Origin: a virus
IMG/VR virus record: IMGVR_UViG_3300009165_000006
Direction: 5' to 3' (one strand)
DNA: 64,000 nt
Each line of letters opens with the position of its first letter. Position 1 is the stretch's first letter. Positions 18,265 through 27,291 of this stretch are shown in pieces. Made by a program: the position numbers and the translations under genes. The notes under the pieces were generated by a model. That model made no database searches and was not told the origin of the DNA. It saw nothing but the letters and a program-made list of their open reading frames with translations.

Positions 18265-18612
18265 GTGCATCTCCTCGTAGGCGTTCTTGATCCAGGTGAG
18301 ATCCCCATTTATGAGTTAGAAGGGGCAGAGCATAGCTATCAGTGGGATGGGGCCTCCAATTTTGCCAATGGAGGAATCTGGGACATCAGGCCCTTAACAG
18401 TCAACCATAGAGTCATAATCAGCTTAGGGCTTGATGAACCACTGACCGTTCTCGTTGCCCAACTTTCAGATCGCCTTCAAGCGTTACCTCAACCACTGGA
18501 TGGTTCCTTGATTCTGTCTATCAGGTCCGTCTATTCTGTTGATGGGGTTACTAATTGGGAATCAGGTCCAGATCAGCATGGGATCTGGATCGTGGGGGTT
18601 TGGCCTTTGTAG
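18265..18612 (+). CDS. hypothetical protein
   Basis: 115-aa ORF with non-ATG start. Weak. Confidence 0.35.
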   Translation: MHLLVGVLDPGEIPIYELEGAEHSYQWDGASNFANGGIWDIRPLTVNHRVIISLGLDEPLTVLVAQLSDRLQALPQPLDGSLILSIRSVYSVDGVTNWESGPDQHGIWIVGVWPL

Positions 18613-19220
18613 AACGAGCCTACACGGGCATAGATCTCGATGGGCAAGATCCAAGCTATTTGATTGAGCAGACGTGCTTGCTTATCGCCGGCAAGGATTA
18701 CGATAGAAACATACCTAGACTTGAAGCTTGGAGGGTTCGTCTCGAAGAAGAAAGGCGCGAGAGGAAAGCCAAGCGTGATAGTGTTGAAGCAAAAGCTCGA
18801 GCTATCCTAATGGCCCATCTCGATGAAACCCAAGTGTCTGAGTTCGAATCCTCTGGATCCTTCCACGTCCTTGGTGCCGATGGTTACACCTATCTCATCA
18901 CCTCCAGGGAACAACACAATGTGTTTCGAATCGAGGAGGGACGTCGAACCTTCGAGTACTGCATCGTGACAAGGGATTTCGTACCCCTTCAGGATCAGAT
19001 GCTGACTCAAATGCTTCTCTTGACGACCCATCCTGCGATGTTTCATCAAATCGCGAACACCTGGGAAATTAGAGAAGATGGGACCCGCATCCGCATAGCA
19101 GGGCGACTAGTTGACGTTCTTGAGAACCCAGCCGCCCAAGTCGGCTGGGTTCTCAAATCTCCTTACCGGCAAGTATCTCTCTGTACATCGGGCCTAGCAC
19201 TTTTGAGACACTCCCCTTGA
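18555..19220 (+). CDS. hypothetical protein (start uncertain)
   Basis: 221-aa ORF with TTG start. The 3' end runs through the 19120-19156 stem-loop and overlaps the ligase gene end. Confidence 0.45.
   Translation: MGIRSRSAWDLDRGGLAFVERAYTGIDLDGQDPSYLIEQTCLLIAGKDYDRNIPRLEAWRVRLEEERRERKAKRDSVEAKARAILMAHLDETQVSEFESSGSFHVLGADGYTYLITSREQHNVFRIEEGRRTFEYCIVTRDFVPLQDQMLTQMLLLTTHPAMFHQIANTWEIREDGTRIRIAGRLVDVLENPAAQVGWVLKSPYRQVSLCTSGLALLRHSP
19120..19156. terminator. perfect 15-bp stem-loop at the convergent gene junction
   Basis: TTGAGAACCCAGCCG (19120-19134), loop CCCAAGT, CGGCTGGGTTCTCAA (19142-19156). It includes the ligase stop codon. No U-tract on either strand. Confidence 0.4.
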
Positions 19221-20094
19221 TGCTCTGCTCGGTAGCCCCGAGTTCGGTCATCTCCCGTTGGCAATCCTTGGCCAGGTCTGCGCAAACCGTGGTCAAGATC
19301 AATGGCATGTCCTTCATGGTATGGGTTAATTCAACCCCTCGGTCGTTAAGGCGTCCGACGGCGTTGATGACTCGCCCCTTCGTGACGTACTTGACGATGA
19401 AGTCATCAATCGGAGAAGGACCCCTTGGAGTTTTCTCTTTGGCGGCGGATGCAACTTCAGCGAACTTGGCGCATTTATGCTTACAGATTAGCCAGTTTCC
19501 AAACACGTTTCGGAGAAGAGGATTCGATCGGATGACCACCCCCTCAGCGATGTTGTCATCCCCAAAACCATTGATCTTCCCAACCGTGCTGGGTTTTTCT
19601 AAGAGCGCATCGAAGTTTGCCTGAGTCGGCTCCCCTCGCCACACCTCGGGTATTACAGGTAGCTCCATCTTGGAGCAAAGCTCGATGAACAGGTCGTAGG
19701 TGACAAAGTTCTTGGCCACCATGATGTCGAAGGCTCTGAAAAGAGGCTCCTGACCACTTGAGTATTGAACTCCCTTGGTTTTGATGCCGGGACCGTGAGC
19801 TTCACCAAAAACGGTGACTTCAGAGAACCCGTAGGACTTGATGACCTCCATCATCCTTGTTAGAAGGTCCTTCTGGGCTTTGAACTTGTTAAGCATGCTC
19901 CCGAGCGGGAAGTTCTGCCCAAGTTGATATTCGACGTCACGTGAACCATAACCAATCTCTTCGATGCTTTTCATCCCGAGTGGGAAAAAGAGACGAAAAT
20001 TCGAACCGTGGATTTTCTCGAGGGCAACTACTTCCCTGACAGAAAAGATCTCTGGGCAGTCGGAGAGTTGAACGATTGAAGGGTACTTTTCCAT
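19153..20094 (-). CDS. Rnl2-family RNA ligase
   Basis: Motif I EKIHGSNF (T4 Rnl2 has EKIHGTNF), VFGEAHGPGIK (T4: VFGEFAGPGIQK), AEGVVIRS, ICKHKCAKFAE (T4: IKCKNSKFSE), plus a C-terminal Rnl2-like domain. Confidence 0.88.
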   Translation of the reverse strand: MEKYPSIVQLSDCPEIFSVREVVALEKIHGSNFRLFFPLGMKSIEEIGYGSRDVEYQLGQNFPLGSMLNKFKAQKDLLTRMMEVIKSYGFSEVTVFGEAHGPGIKTKGVQYSSGQEPLFRAFDIMVAKNFVTYDLFIELCSKMELPVIPEVWRGEPTQANFDALLEKPSTVGKINGFGDDNIAEGVVIRSNPLLRNVFGNWLICKHKCAKFAEVASAAKEKTPRGPSPIDDFIVKYVTKGRVINAVGRLNDRGVELTHTMKDMPLILTTVCADLAKDCQREMTELGATEQSIKGSVSKVLGPMYREILAGKEI

Positions 20095-20193
20095 TGGATC
20101 CTGTATAAATCCACGGATAGGTACTCCAATCCCTTGGCCAAGTCAACATAATGTTGACTTTCTTGATATACCCTGACACCTTGGACTACTACT

Positions 20194-20529
20194 ATGTCAA
20201 AAGACGAATGTCCGGCTGAGGATAGACTGATAATAGGTCCAGATCTTGGGGATGGGTCGCATTCGTGCGTGAGGCATACTCCAGATCACAAGATCCACGT
20301 GGGTAGAGTCCAACCTTTGAGAGATGGGCAATCGATCATTGGGGACCAAGAGATTCTGATGGTGAAGTACGATTCCCAGCAAGGAGACTTTTTGGTACGA
20401 ACTGTATACAATCCTCGTCATCAAGGAGAAGAGTCCAACACCTCGAAGGGCCCAGCCAAGGTCACCAGCGACGCTTATCGAGCCGGCTACGACCGTATCT
20501 TCGGCAAGACTTCGATCGGAACAGCTTGA
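20194..20529 (+). CDS. hypothetical protein
   Basis: 111-aa ORF, ATG start. TACCCT box about 21 nt upstream. Confidence 0.55.
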   Translation: MSKDECPAEDRLIIGPDLGDGSHSCVRHTPDHKIHVGRVQPLRDGQSIIGDQEILMVKYDSQQGDFLVRTVYNPRHQGEESNTSKGPAKVTSDAYRAGYDRIFGKTSIGTA

Positions 20530-20598
20530 TGAGCTGGTTCGGTGTAATCACCGATAGTGTCTCAGGAGTTCAAAAACCCCAATGGGTTTGATCGGTTT

Positions 20599-20639
20599 GA
20601 TCAACTTTGACTAGCTTTGGAGTCAACTGCTACTACCCT
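20599..20639 (+). repeat. 41-nt element, copy A (second copy at 46707..46747)
   Basis: GATCAACTTTGACTAGCTTTGGAGTCAACTGCTACTACCCT versus GATCAACTTTGATCAGGTTTGGAGTCAACTGCTGCGACCCT: 5 mismatches in 41 nt, counted by eye. Confidence 0.7.
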
Positions 20640-20665
20640 GATCGATACAAGCGAGAACCCATGAT

Positions 20666-20869
20666 ATGACTTTCTCCGAAGCCCTTGTTCACCTCAAAGC
20701 TGGTCGACAGATTAAGCGCAAGGGGAGTGTTGTTTGGCTGCATATCGACAAGTACGGGCACATCCGGGAATTGGACTTTGCCTTTGGATTTCCAGACTCC
20801 ACACTCTGGGTACCAACCGAAGAGGACATCTTAGCCGAGGACTGGGAAATGCGCGAAGTTACCAGCTAA
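20666..20869 (+). CDS. DUF2829-like small protein (Tad2-like fold candidate)
   Basis: MTFSEALVHLKAGRQIKRKG...LWVPTEEDILAEDWEM matches the DUF2829 pattern (M.F.EAl..lk.G..v.R.gW ... p...DllA.DWe). Confidence 0.6.
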   Translation: MTFSEALVHLKAGRQIKRKGSVVWLHIDKYGHIRELDFAFGFPDSTLWVPTEEDILAEDWEMREVTS

Positions 20870-20931
20870 ATAGCTCATTGACACATAGTACTTAAATTAA
20901 CACTACCCTCAATTTACACAAAAGGTATCGT

Positions 20932-21561
20932 ATGTTCTTCTGGTTCGGATTGGCCCCTTGGATCTGGGGGTTTGAATTTGTACTGTTTGTAGGGCTTATT
21001 GTGCTAGTCGAATTCGAGTTCTACAAGTGGTCCACCGCAACCCTCATAGGAGCTCTCGTACTGAGTCACTTCCTGCATGCGTTCTCAGTAGTGGATCTAG
21101 TAAGGCATAACCCTGGAACCTCCTTTATCGTAGTCCTGAGCTATTTCCCTGCGGGCACCATATGGGCAACCTTCAAGTGGTTCTTGTTCCTCTATCGGTT
21201 CAAGGACGCCAGGATGGATGCCTTGGATGAGTTCCATGATATTCAGGAAGCGGCTCGAGCTCGAATCGCTTCGGGTGCTGTCTACACAATGGATGAGGAG
21301 TTGGTCAATAAGACGGATTACCAGTATTTGCGTAGCCAATACTTCAAGAAGACCAACCTTTCGAAGATCCCACGTGTCCGTGACTACAAGAGGAAGGTTA
21401 TCGGTTGGATTGCGTTCTGCGTGTTTTCGATAGTTGGCACTATCTTCCACGACCTGGTTCGTAGGATCGCACTCTGGATCTACAATCGAGTCAGCAGTTT
21501 CCTTCAGTGGATGTCAAATCGGATTATCTCCGAGGTGGAAGAAATACCTGAAAAGACCTAG
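20932..21561 (+). CDS. membrane protein
   Basis: 209-aa ORF with several hydrophobic helices (FFWFGLAPWIWGFEFVLFVGLIVLV, ...). Confidence 0.65.
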   Translation: MFFWFGLAPWIWGFEFVLFVGLIVLVEFEFYKWSTATLIGALVLSHFLHAFSVVDLVRHNPGTSFIVVLSYFPAGTIWATFKWFLFLYRFKDARMDALDEFHDIQEAARARIASGAVYTMDEELVNKTDYQYLRSQYFKKTNLSKIPRVRDYKRKVIGWIAFCVFSIVGTIFHDLVRRIALWIYNRVSSFLQWMSNRIISEVEEIPEKT

Positions 21562-22451
21562 TGAACCAAGGTTCGCTCGAAGGCCTCGTTGTTGAGCACA
21601 ATCATGATGGAGGGTGGATCCGGAGCGTTCGCTTGACGAGTTGACTCATCGTACTCGTGGCAACCCCACTCACCCTTCTCCATGTAAGGTTGAACTCTTA
21701 CCCATGTTCCGATACTTGGATCAATGGCTGCAGCAGCCGCTATTGTGTCGTGAAGGGCCTTCCCCTCTGGGCGCTTTTTGAAGTAAAAAGCCATCCCTTC
21801 CTTGATGAGGTCAAGCCCAGCATGGGCTCCGGAAGGGATTCTCTCATTGACCATAGGACCCCAGAAGACACCGTGACAAACGTTCTTGGAAACCATCCGT
21901 CGAGTCCAGATAGGTGAGTTTTTACCCAGTAAACCGAGGGCTGCTTTCGAGTCGCCCCCAAGGTTGAAGGTCGGACAGGTGAGCTTGCCGGCGAACTTGG
22001 GTAGCCGGTGTTCGGGTGGGACGATGTTGTCTCCGGCGAAGCCACCCTGGCAAGTCCACGTACGGAAAAACGGCCACACCTCACTGCTAGCCTTCCAGAT
22101 GTTGGTGAGGGCCGCTCCAGTGATTAGGTGGGTGGTTGGAAAGTCCAGTAGTACCTGCTTAATGACCTCAGTGGCGCTTCCCTGGGGCTGACAGGGGGAG
22201 ATCTTCCCAAGCCAATCATAGTGGAACTGGGACACCTTAGAAGTTTGCTTCTTGAGGCTCCCAATTCCGATAGGCACGTCCGTCCGCCCAAGACGATCGA
22301 GGACATGACGAACTATCCCGACCTGGTCGAAACCTCCTGGATGGATCGTAGCCCCAACGAGTTTGGCTCGGGGATGAGTAGCAAGGAGCGCTAGAGTGAA
22401 CACGTCATCTGGGTCACTCGTTTCCATGTCGAACAGATATTCTTGAGTCAC
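21558..22451 (-). CDS. nucleoside hydrolase-like (IU-NH family) protein
   Basis: N-terminal DMETSDPDDVFTLALL resembles the D.D...DD motif. ALHDTIAAAAAIDPSI resembles the family's LHD..A...a.dP block. GTG start. Confidence 0.6.
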   Translation of the reverse strand: MTQEYLFDMETSDPDDVFTLALLATHPRAKLVGATIHPGGFDQVGIVRHVLDRLGRTDVPIGIGSLKKQTSKVSQFHYDWLGKISPCQPQGSATEVIKQVLLDFPTTHLITGAALTNIWKASSEVWPFFRTWTCQGGFAGDNIVPPEHRLPKFAGKLTCPTFNLGGDSKAALGLLGKNSPIWTRRMVSKNVCHGVFWGPMVNERIPSGAHAGLDLIKEGMAFYFKKRPEGKALHDTIAAAAAIDPSIGTWVRVQPYMEKGEWGCHEYDESTRQANAPDPPSIMIVLNNEAFERTLVH

Positions 22452-22514
22452 TTGAAATCAATCTCAGGTTATAGGAGTGGCTGCCACCTAAATTTCGATG
22501 GTGTATCAGCTACC

Positions 22515-23456
22515 ATGCCCTCTTCGTTGAGTAAAGCCCAAGCTTGTCTGCTGTGTCATGTGGTCGGAGACTCCCTTGGGAGCCTCGTAGAGTTCGAGTC
22601 CGAGGAGACCATCCTTCAGGAGCACCAAGGAGAAAAAGTGCGCTACCTCGCTGATGGGGGCACCTGGGAGACCTTGGCGGGGCAAGGCACAGACGATTCC
22701 GAAATGGCCATCACCCTAGCTAGGACTCTCATTCACCATGGTTTTTACAGCTCAACCATTATGCGGAGTATGTATTGCTATTGGCTCAATAGCCAACCAT
22801 TTGACGTTGGCAGGACCACTCAAAATGGACTCCTGGATATGCCTGACTTCCACAGCCAAGCCAATGGGGCTTTGATGCGTGTCGCCCCCTTGGGGATCTT
22901 TGGAGCGAAGAAGAAGGACTGGAGAAAGACCATGATCTGGGCGATGGAGGATGCCCTTATTACGCACCCAAATCAAATATGCTTACAAATCAATGCACTT
23001 TATGTATCGATGATCGATCAAGCAATCGGAAGTGATGCAAGCCCAGATCAACTCTACGGTGCGCTGGCCGCAACAGCAGTGGATATGGAAGCCCATCCAG
23101 TTATCCTCGAAGCTATCGACCGAGCTAGAACTGCCCCACCGGAAAACTACATGGTGAATATGGGTTGGGTTGTCCTCGCTTTCCAGAATGCGCTCTATCA
23201 ACTACTACACGCCCCGTCATTGACTGAAGGAATTGTCGATACCGTCAATCGCGGAGGTGATACCGATACCAACGGAGCAATTGCCGGTGCTCTGCTTGGG
23301 GCTGTTTACGGGATGGAGCAAGTCCCCAAGGATTGGATCGATGGAGTAACCCAATGTTGCCCATCGGTGACCAACCCCTACTCTAGAAAGCCACGTACAG
23401 GCTTCTTTTGGACTAATGATGTGCTAGAAGTAGCCAAAAAACTACTTGATAGTTGA
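22515..23456 (+). CDS. ADP-ribosylglycohydrolase family protein
   Basis: GDSLGSLVEF, GTDDSEMAITLA and GGDTDTNGAIAGALLGAVYG are classic DraG/ARH motifs. ATG at 22515 within track ORF 22443..23456. Confidence 0.85.
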   Translation: MPSSLSKAQACLLCHVVGDSLGSLVEFESEETILQEHQGEKVRYLADGGTWETLAGQGTDDSEMAITLARTLIHHGFYSSTIMRSMYCYWLNSQPFDVGRTTQNGLLDMPDFHSQANGALMRVAPLGIFGAKKKDWRKTMIWAMEDALITHPNQICLQINALYVSMIDQAIGSDASPDQLYGALAATAVDMEAHPVILEAIDRARTAPPENYMVNMGWVVLAFQNALYQLLHAPSLTEGIVDTVNRGGDTDTNGAIAGALLGAVYGMEQVPKDWIDGVTQCCPSVTNPYSRKPRTGFFWTNDVLEVAKKLLDS

Positions 23457-23488
23457 CACCTGCGCTACTTTAGGGCAAGCATCCGCCC

Positions 23489-23941
23489 ATGAGTGAACAA
23501 ACCCCTGGTAGAGACGAGAAAGGCCTTACGATATCCGGAAGGACGATGCTCCGGATACTCTTGGAGTTTGCGAGGTTACTCGCAGCTTCGAGAAAAGTCG
23601 GAAGTAAGATGACTTATGAGGTTCTCCAGACTCCAACCATTCTCGTTGAGATTCGGACCCTCCTGTGGATTGCATCTGGGATGGCCAAGAGATTGGGTTC
23701 GCTTGTGGAGGTAGAAGACTACTTGGCCGAGCATGCTGAGGAAGACGAGAGGACTGTTTTAGCTGGAACTACTGAACTAGAGAAGACCTTGATAGCGGAA
23801 GCTCTGGCGCGTAGCGGGGTTCCAAGATGCCCCAAGTGTCACGAACCTACCTGCCCAATGTGTAGGGAGTGTCACTCTTGTGAAAAGCGAGAGTCGCACT
23901 CTAGCCCTTTCGATTTCTCAGGTGGTGGAGCGGCTAACTAA
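23489..23941 (+). CDS. hypothetical protein with C-terminal Cys cluster
   Basis: 150-aa ORF. CPKCHEPTCPMCRECHSC near the C-terminus. Confidence 0.55.
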   Translation: MSEQTPGRDEKGLTISGRTMLRILLEFARLLAASRKVGSKMTYEVLQTPTILVEIRTLLWIASGMAKRLGSLVEVEDYLAEHAEEDERTVLAGTTELEKTLIAEALARSGVPRCPKCHEPTCPMCRECHSCEKRESHSSPFDFSGGGAAN

Positions 23942-23948
23942 TGTTGAT

Positions 23949-24221
23949 ATGGAGGCTACGAAGATGATCCGTGCAGTAGGTACTCAGAAAGACGGGCGTA
24001 AGTTACTGATCCTTGGGGTTGATGCGATCAACCTCGAGAACTTGAAGGCCAAGAATGCCATTCTCGTCCGAGGAACTCAGTTCGGTATTAATCTGCCAGT
24101 GGACGTATTGATCATGTATGGGGACACCTTGGAGGAGGTAGCGGAAGACCTTCGTAAGAGTGGGGTTGGATCCATTCCAACCCCACTACCAGATCCCGTA
24201 GAAGGAGGTTCCAATGTCTGA
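23949..24221 (+). CDS. hypothetical protein
   Basis: ATG at 23949 within track ORF 23880..24221. Confidence 0.5.
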   Translation: MEATKMIRAVGTQKDGRKLLILGVDAINLENLKAKNAILVRGTQFGINLPVDVLIMYGDTLEEVAEDLRKSGVGSIPTPLPDPVEGGSNV

Positions 24222-24516
24222 AGTCCGAGCTGTCACCTATGTCTCATTCGCTATCCCTAGAAGAAACCTAGGGGTGCTCATTTTAGAGGGGGAGCTGAAC
24301 GTATCTGAGGCAATCCTTGAAGCTAACCGTCTCAAGTTGAACCCTGGTGGAGAAGTAATCGCGGTCTCATGCAAAGAGACCGATACGGATGTACCAAAGG
24401 AACTCTTTGAAGCCATGTGGAACAATCGGAACCGTCTCATCCCTGAGGTAGAAGCTCGAATTCTATTTGAAGCAGCTTCAATCAGAGATTGGGATGGGAC
24501 TGCGGTTCAATCTTGA
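24214..24516 (+). CDS. hypothetical protein
   Basis: 100-aa ORF. 8-nt overlap with the previous gene. Confidence 0.55.
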   Translation: MSEVRAVTYVSFAIPRRNLGVLILEGELNVSEAILEANRLKLNPGGEVIAVSCKETDTDVPKELFEAMWNNRNRLIPEVEARILFEAASIRDWDGTAVQS

Positions 24517-24791
24517 GTACGTTATCCGGAAGAAGAAATATCGTGGCTGATGATCAAAATCTAGTGCAGTGGTCGAATGCTGATCCCCGAGACACCATTT
24601 ACAAGCGAGCTAACATCATCATTTTGAGACCCAATACCCAAGGTCAATTCGGCAATGAAGTAGGTGAGGGTTGGGTTGAAACTAAAGAAGGATACCACAT
24701 TCATACAACATTTGAGGACCACCGACATATCAGTGCGGACGATAAGTGGGATCCCATATGGTGGTGGGTTAGGGGCCCCATGCAACCGTAG
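24489..24791 (+). CDS. hypothetical protein
   Basis: 100-aa Trp-rich ORF. Start uncertain. Confidence 0.45.
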   Translation: MGWDCGSILSTLSGRRNIVADDQNLVQWSNADPRDTIYKRANIIILRPNTQGQFGNEVGEGWVETKEGYHIHTTFEDHRHISADDKWDPIWWWVRGPMQP

Positions 24792-24843
24792 TTGGTAGGT
24801 TTTGTCATCCAGCTTCCACTTTGTAATCGGTGTAATTTTCAGA

Positions 24844-25092
24844 ATGAACAAAGAAAAGTACGGGTCCCCAGCTGAGGAACAAGCTACCAAGATCCTCGCA
24901 GGCATAAAGATCATTCAGAAGTATTACGCCAAGGTCTCACTGATAGGACTGGATAAGGGAGTGTTCGTCGGTCCCTGCTACGGCCCCAAGGACGCCCCGT
25001 ATCTAGATGCGGACGTGAAGGAGCTTCAGTCCCTAGGATGGAGTTGGAGTCAAGAACAAGGCGCCTGGGAGTTCTATACAGGTCATGGCTAA
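24844..25092 (+). CDS. hypothetical protein
   Basis: ATG at 24844 within track ORF 24802..25092. Confidence 0.5.
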   Translation: MNKEKYGSPAEEQATKILAGIKIIQKYYAKVSLIGLDKGVFVGPCYGPKDAPYLDADVKELQSLGWSWSQEQGAWEFYTGHG

Positions 25093-25441
25093 CGAATCGA
25101 ACCTATTCACGTTTGCCGCTAATTGTGGCTACGAGGTGTGTAAGGTTACACTAACCTCTTTTGGTCCCAACCCCAATCGGATCCGCCAGTACCTTCGTCA
25201 ACGATTCGTCTACACTCTAGCCGAAGTCCTTCGAGTTCGACCACCAGTCCCATTGCTAGAGACCATCTTTTGCGAGGAGGTTCAGCTGATTAAGAATGAG
25301 CTCGAATCCCGTGGTGCGAGAACCAAACTAGATTACGGGTGCAAATCTGCAAGTGAGGATTACCCTAAGGTTAGAATTTCACTCTTCGAATCCATTCCCA
25401 ACCCAACTACCCAAACCTGTAGGGGGTCCAATGGAGGCTAA
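25085..25441 (+). CDS. hypothetical protein
   Basis: 118-aa ORF. 8-nt overlap with the previous gene. Confidence 0.5.
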   Translation: MANESNLFTFAANCGYEVCKVTLTSFGPNPNRIRQYLRQRFVYTLAEVLRVRPPVPLLETIFCEEVQLIKNELESRGARTKLDYGCKSASEDYPKVRISLFESIPNPTTQTCRGSNGG

Positions 25442-25470
25442 TTTCAGTGCCAAGCACGTGTAACTTTCTT

Positions 25471-26094
25471 ATGAATGGCGTTACTAGGTGTAAAATGAAG
25501 AAACCGTCCTGGCTTCGTTGGATCGATGTTGTTACCTTTGGTGGTCTTACGGCCGTCTCTTCTTCAGCGTTCTTCTACGCTCTTACGCACAAGATCGAGA
25601 CCCCTCATGCTACTGAAGGACTGTGTCTGCTTGGTACTGTAGCTCTATGCTTTGGTTTGATCTGGCTCCGTTTTACCCTACTCTACAAAAAGTGGTGGGA
25701 TGCCTTCACTTGGTACCCAGAATATGGATTCATGATCAACCCTGGGAAGTACAAGCTCCCTGATTCCAAGGAGCTGAACAGGCTCGTCAAGAAGACCATC
25801 GACGCTTGGTCACCCTACCACCCAACAGCTTACTTCATTGTTCGATCTGAGGTCAACTGGGTTTGGTTTGAGGAAGGTCTCAACATTAGGGTTCGAGACG
25901 TTGTTGGAAAGCTCTGCAAAGGGTACACTGTGCCCTTTAGTCACTTGATGGGGGTTGACTACGATACCCCGAATGACGTGCTAGAGCTGACAGCCTTTGA
26001 GCATGAGCTAGGCCATGTTATCAGGGGAAATGCCACTGGCATTTGGGACGAAGATGAACACCACAAGTTCATGCGTGAGCACGGACTCAAGTAA
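25471..26094 (+). CDS. membrane-anchored HExxH metallopeptidase-like protein
   Basis: Two N-terminal hydrophobic helices. C-terminal FEHELGHVIRG (HExxH). Start is ATG 25471 or 25495. Confidence 0.55.
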   Translation: MNGVTRCKMKKPSWLRWIDVVTFGGLTAVSSSAFFYALTHKIETPHATEGLCLLGTVALCFGLIWLRFTLLYKKWWDAFTWYPEYGFMINPGKYKLPDSKELNRLVKKTIDAWSPYHPTAYFIVRSEVNWVWFEEGLNIRVRDVVGKLCKGYTVPFSHLMGVDYDTPNDVLELTAFEHELGHVIRGNATGIWDEDEHHKFMREHGLK

Positions 26095-26134
26095 TTTACA
26101 TTCAGACCAGTGTGTGAGCTTCGTAAGCACCATC

Positions 26135-26281
26135 ATGGAACAAGTTGAACGTGAATACTCAGCCCGATTAGGTATTTGTTTGGAACTTCTCCGCAAGATC
26201 AACCAAGCTCGAAGACTTGGGGAATGGGACTTAGCTGAGAACTTGCTGAGAAAGTTGCGTCGAGTTGAAGGCAAAGTGTGA
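26135..26281 (+). CDS. small hypothetical protein
   Basis: 48-aa helical ORF from ATG 26135 (track ORF 26015..26281). Confidence 0.3.
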   Translation: MEQVEREYSARLGICLELLRKINQARRLGEWDLAENLLRKLRRVEGKV

Positions 26282-26297
26282 GGGTATCGGGGGCTAC

Positions 26298-26819
26298 ATG
26301 AAGATCGATACCAAGTTATGGACCTTGAATCAAAGTAGCGGTCCAGTGCTCTTGGTTTGTATTGAGGGCGCTGAGACTTTCTTACTTCGAGACAATGGTG
26401 AGTTAGGGCATCAGGTTGGGAGTAAGATTAAGTGGTATTTCAATAACCGGTTGTCATCAACTCAGGCACTACTTGAGGTAAGGCTTGTTCTTGTACCAGT
26501 ACCTAGGCTAACCCTCTTCGGTGGTCAATTTACAACTAATGAATGGGTTGGGTGGCAAGCTCGGAAGCTAATACAGTTTGCTCAAGAGATGAAAGGATCT
26601 TCGATTGCTGGCACTTTGCACCTGATAGATCTCTGGTCTGAAATCCAGGATGGAATGCCACGAAGGGATCTGGCCCTGCTGTTCTCGTCCTCCAAGTTCG
26701 ATACCTCGGCGCTAACTCCGATACCAGAGTACTGCGGTTGGACTGGAATCTTCAATAGCGATGGAAAAGAAGAGAGCCTTCCTCGAAAGAACCGGTACTC
26801 TAGACCATGGGTTATCTGA
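26298..26819 (+). CDS. hypothetical protein with C-terminal RYxR tail
   Basis: ATG at 26298. Ends ...PRKNRYSRPWVI*. Confidence 0.55.
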   Translation: MKIDTKLWTLNQSSGPVLLVCIEGAETFLLRDNGELGHQVGSKIKWYFNNRLSSTQALLEVRLVLVPVPRLTLFGGQFTTNEWVGWQARKLIQFAQEMKGSSIAGTLHLIDLWSEIQDGMPRRDLALLFSSSKFDTSALTPIPEYCGWTGIFNSDGKEESLPRKNRYSRPWVI

Positions 26820-26898
26820 CCCTCTAGCCGAATTACTAGTCCTCGAACTAATTGGTTGAGAATGTAGAAGCCTGTGCGTAGTACATCGACATAAGTCT

Positions 26899-27291
26899 AT
26901 GCCGATACCTATCCACCAAGAATCAGATCCTGAGATTCCTCGAAACTCGGACCTGGAACGGTGCTGCATCTGCCGAGAACGAACGTCTTGGTGGACTTCC
27001 CTTCCAGACCGTAAACCCGGAGAGCAGGTGGCGATCTGCCCTCATTGTGCATCTCGAGGAAATCCCGAGGACGTCCCCTCGAAGTTGGTTTGGTGCCGGC
27101 GAGAAGACATCGCGTACCACCCGACTTTTGGTGACATCAGTCAAGGTCACGACCGAGAATACCCACCCGCGCCAATAGTTCAACCAGAGGCCAAGAATGA
27201 CCTACTACAGCGACCCAGTCAAAGACAGCGAAGCCCAAAGCATCGTAACTCAAATTCAGGCTCGACTCGCCGAAGTCGGACTCAAGTCTGA
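26899..27291 (+). CDS. Cys-rich hypothetical protein
   Basis: CCICR...CPHC motifs. The basic tail overlaps the next gene by 95 nt. Confidence 0.45.
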   Translation: MPIPIHQESDPEIPRNSDLERCCICRERTSWWTSLPDRKPGEQVAICPHCASRGNPEDVPSKLVWCRREDIAYHPTFGDISQGHDREYPPAPIVQPEAKNDLLQRPSQRQRSPKHRNSNSGSTRRSRTQV

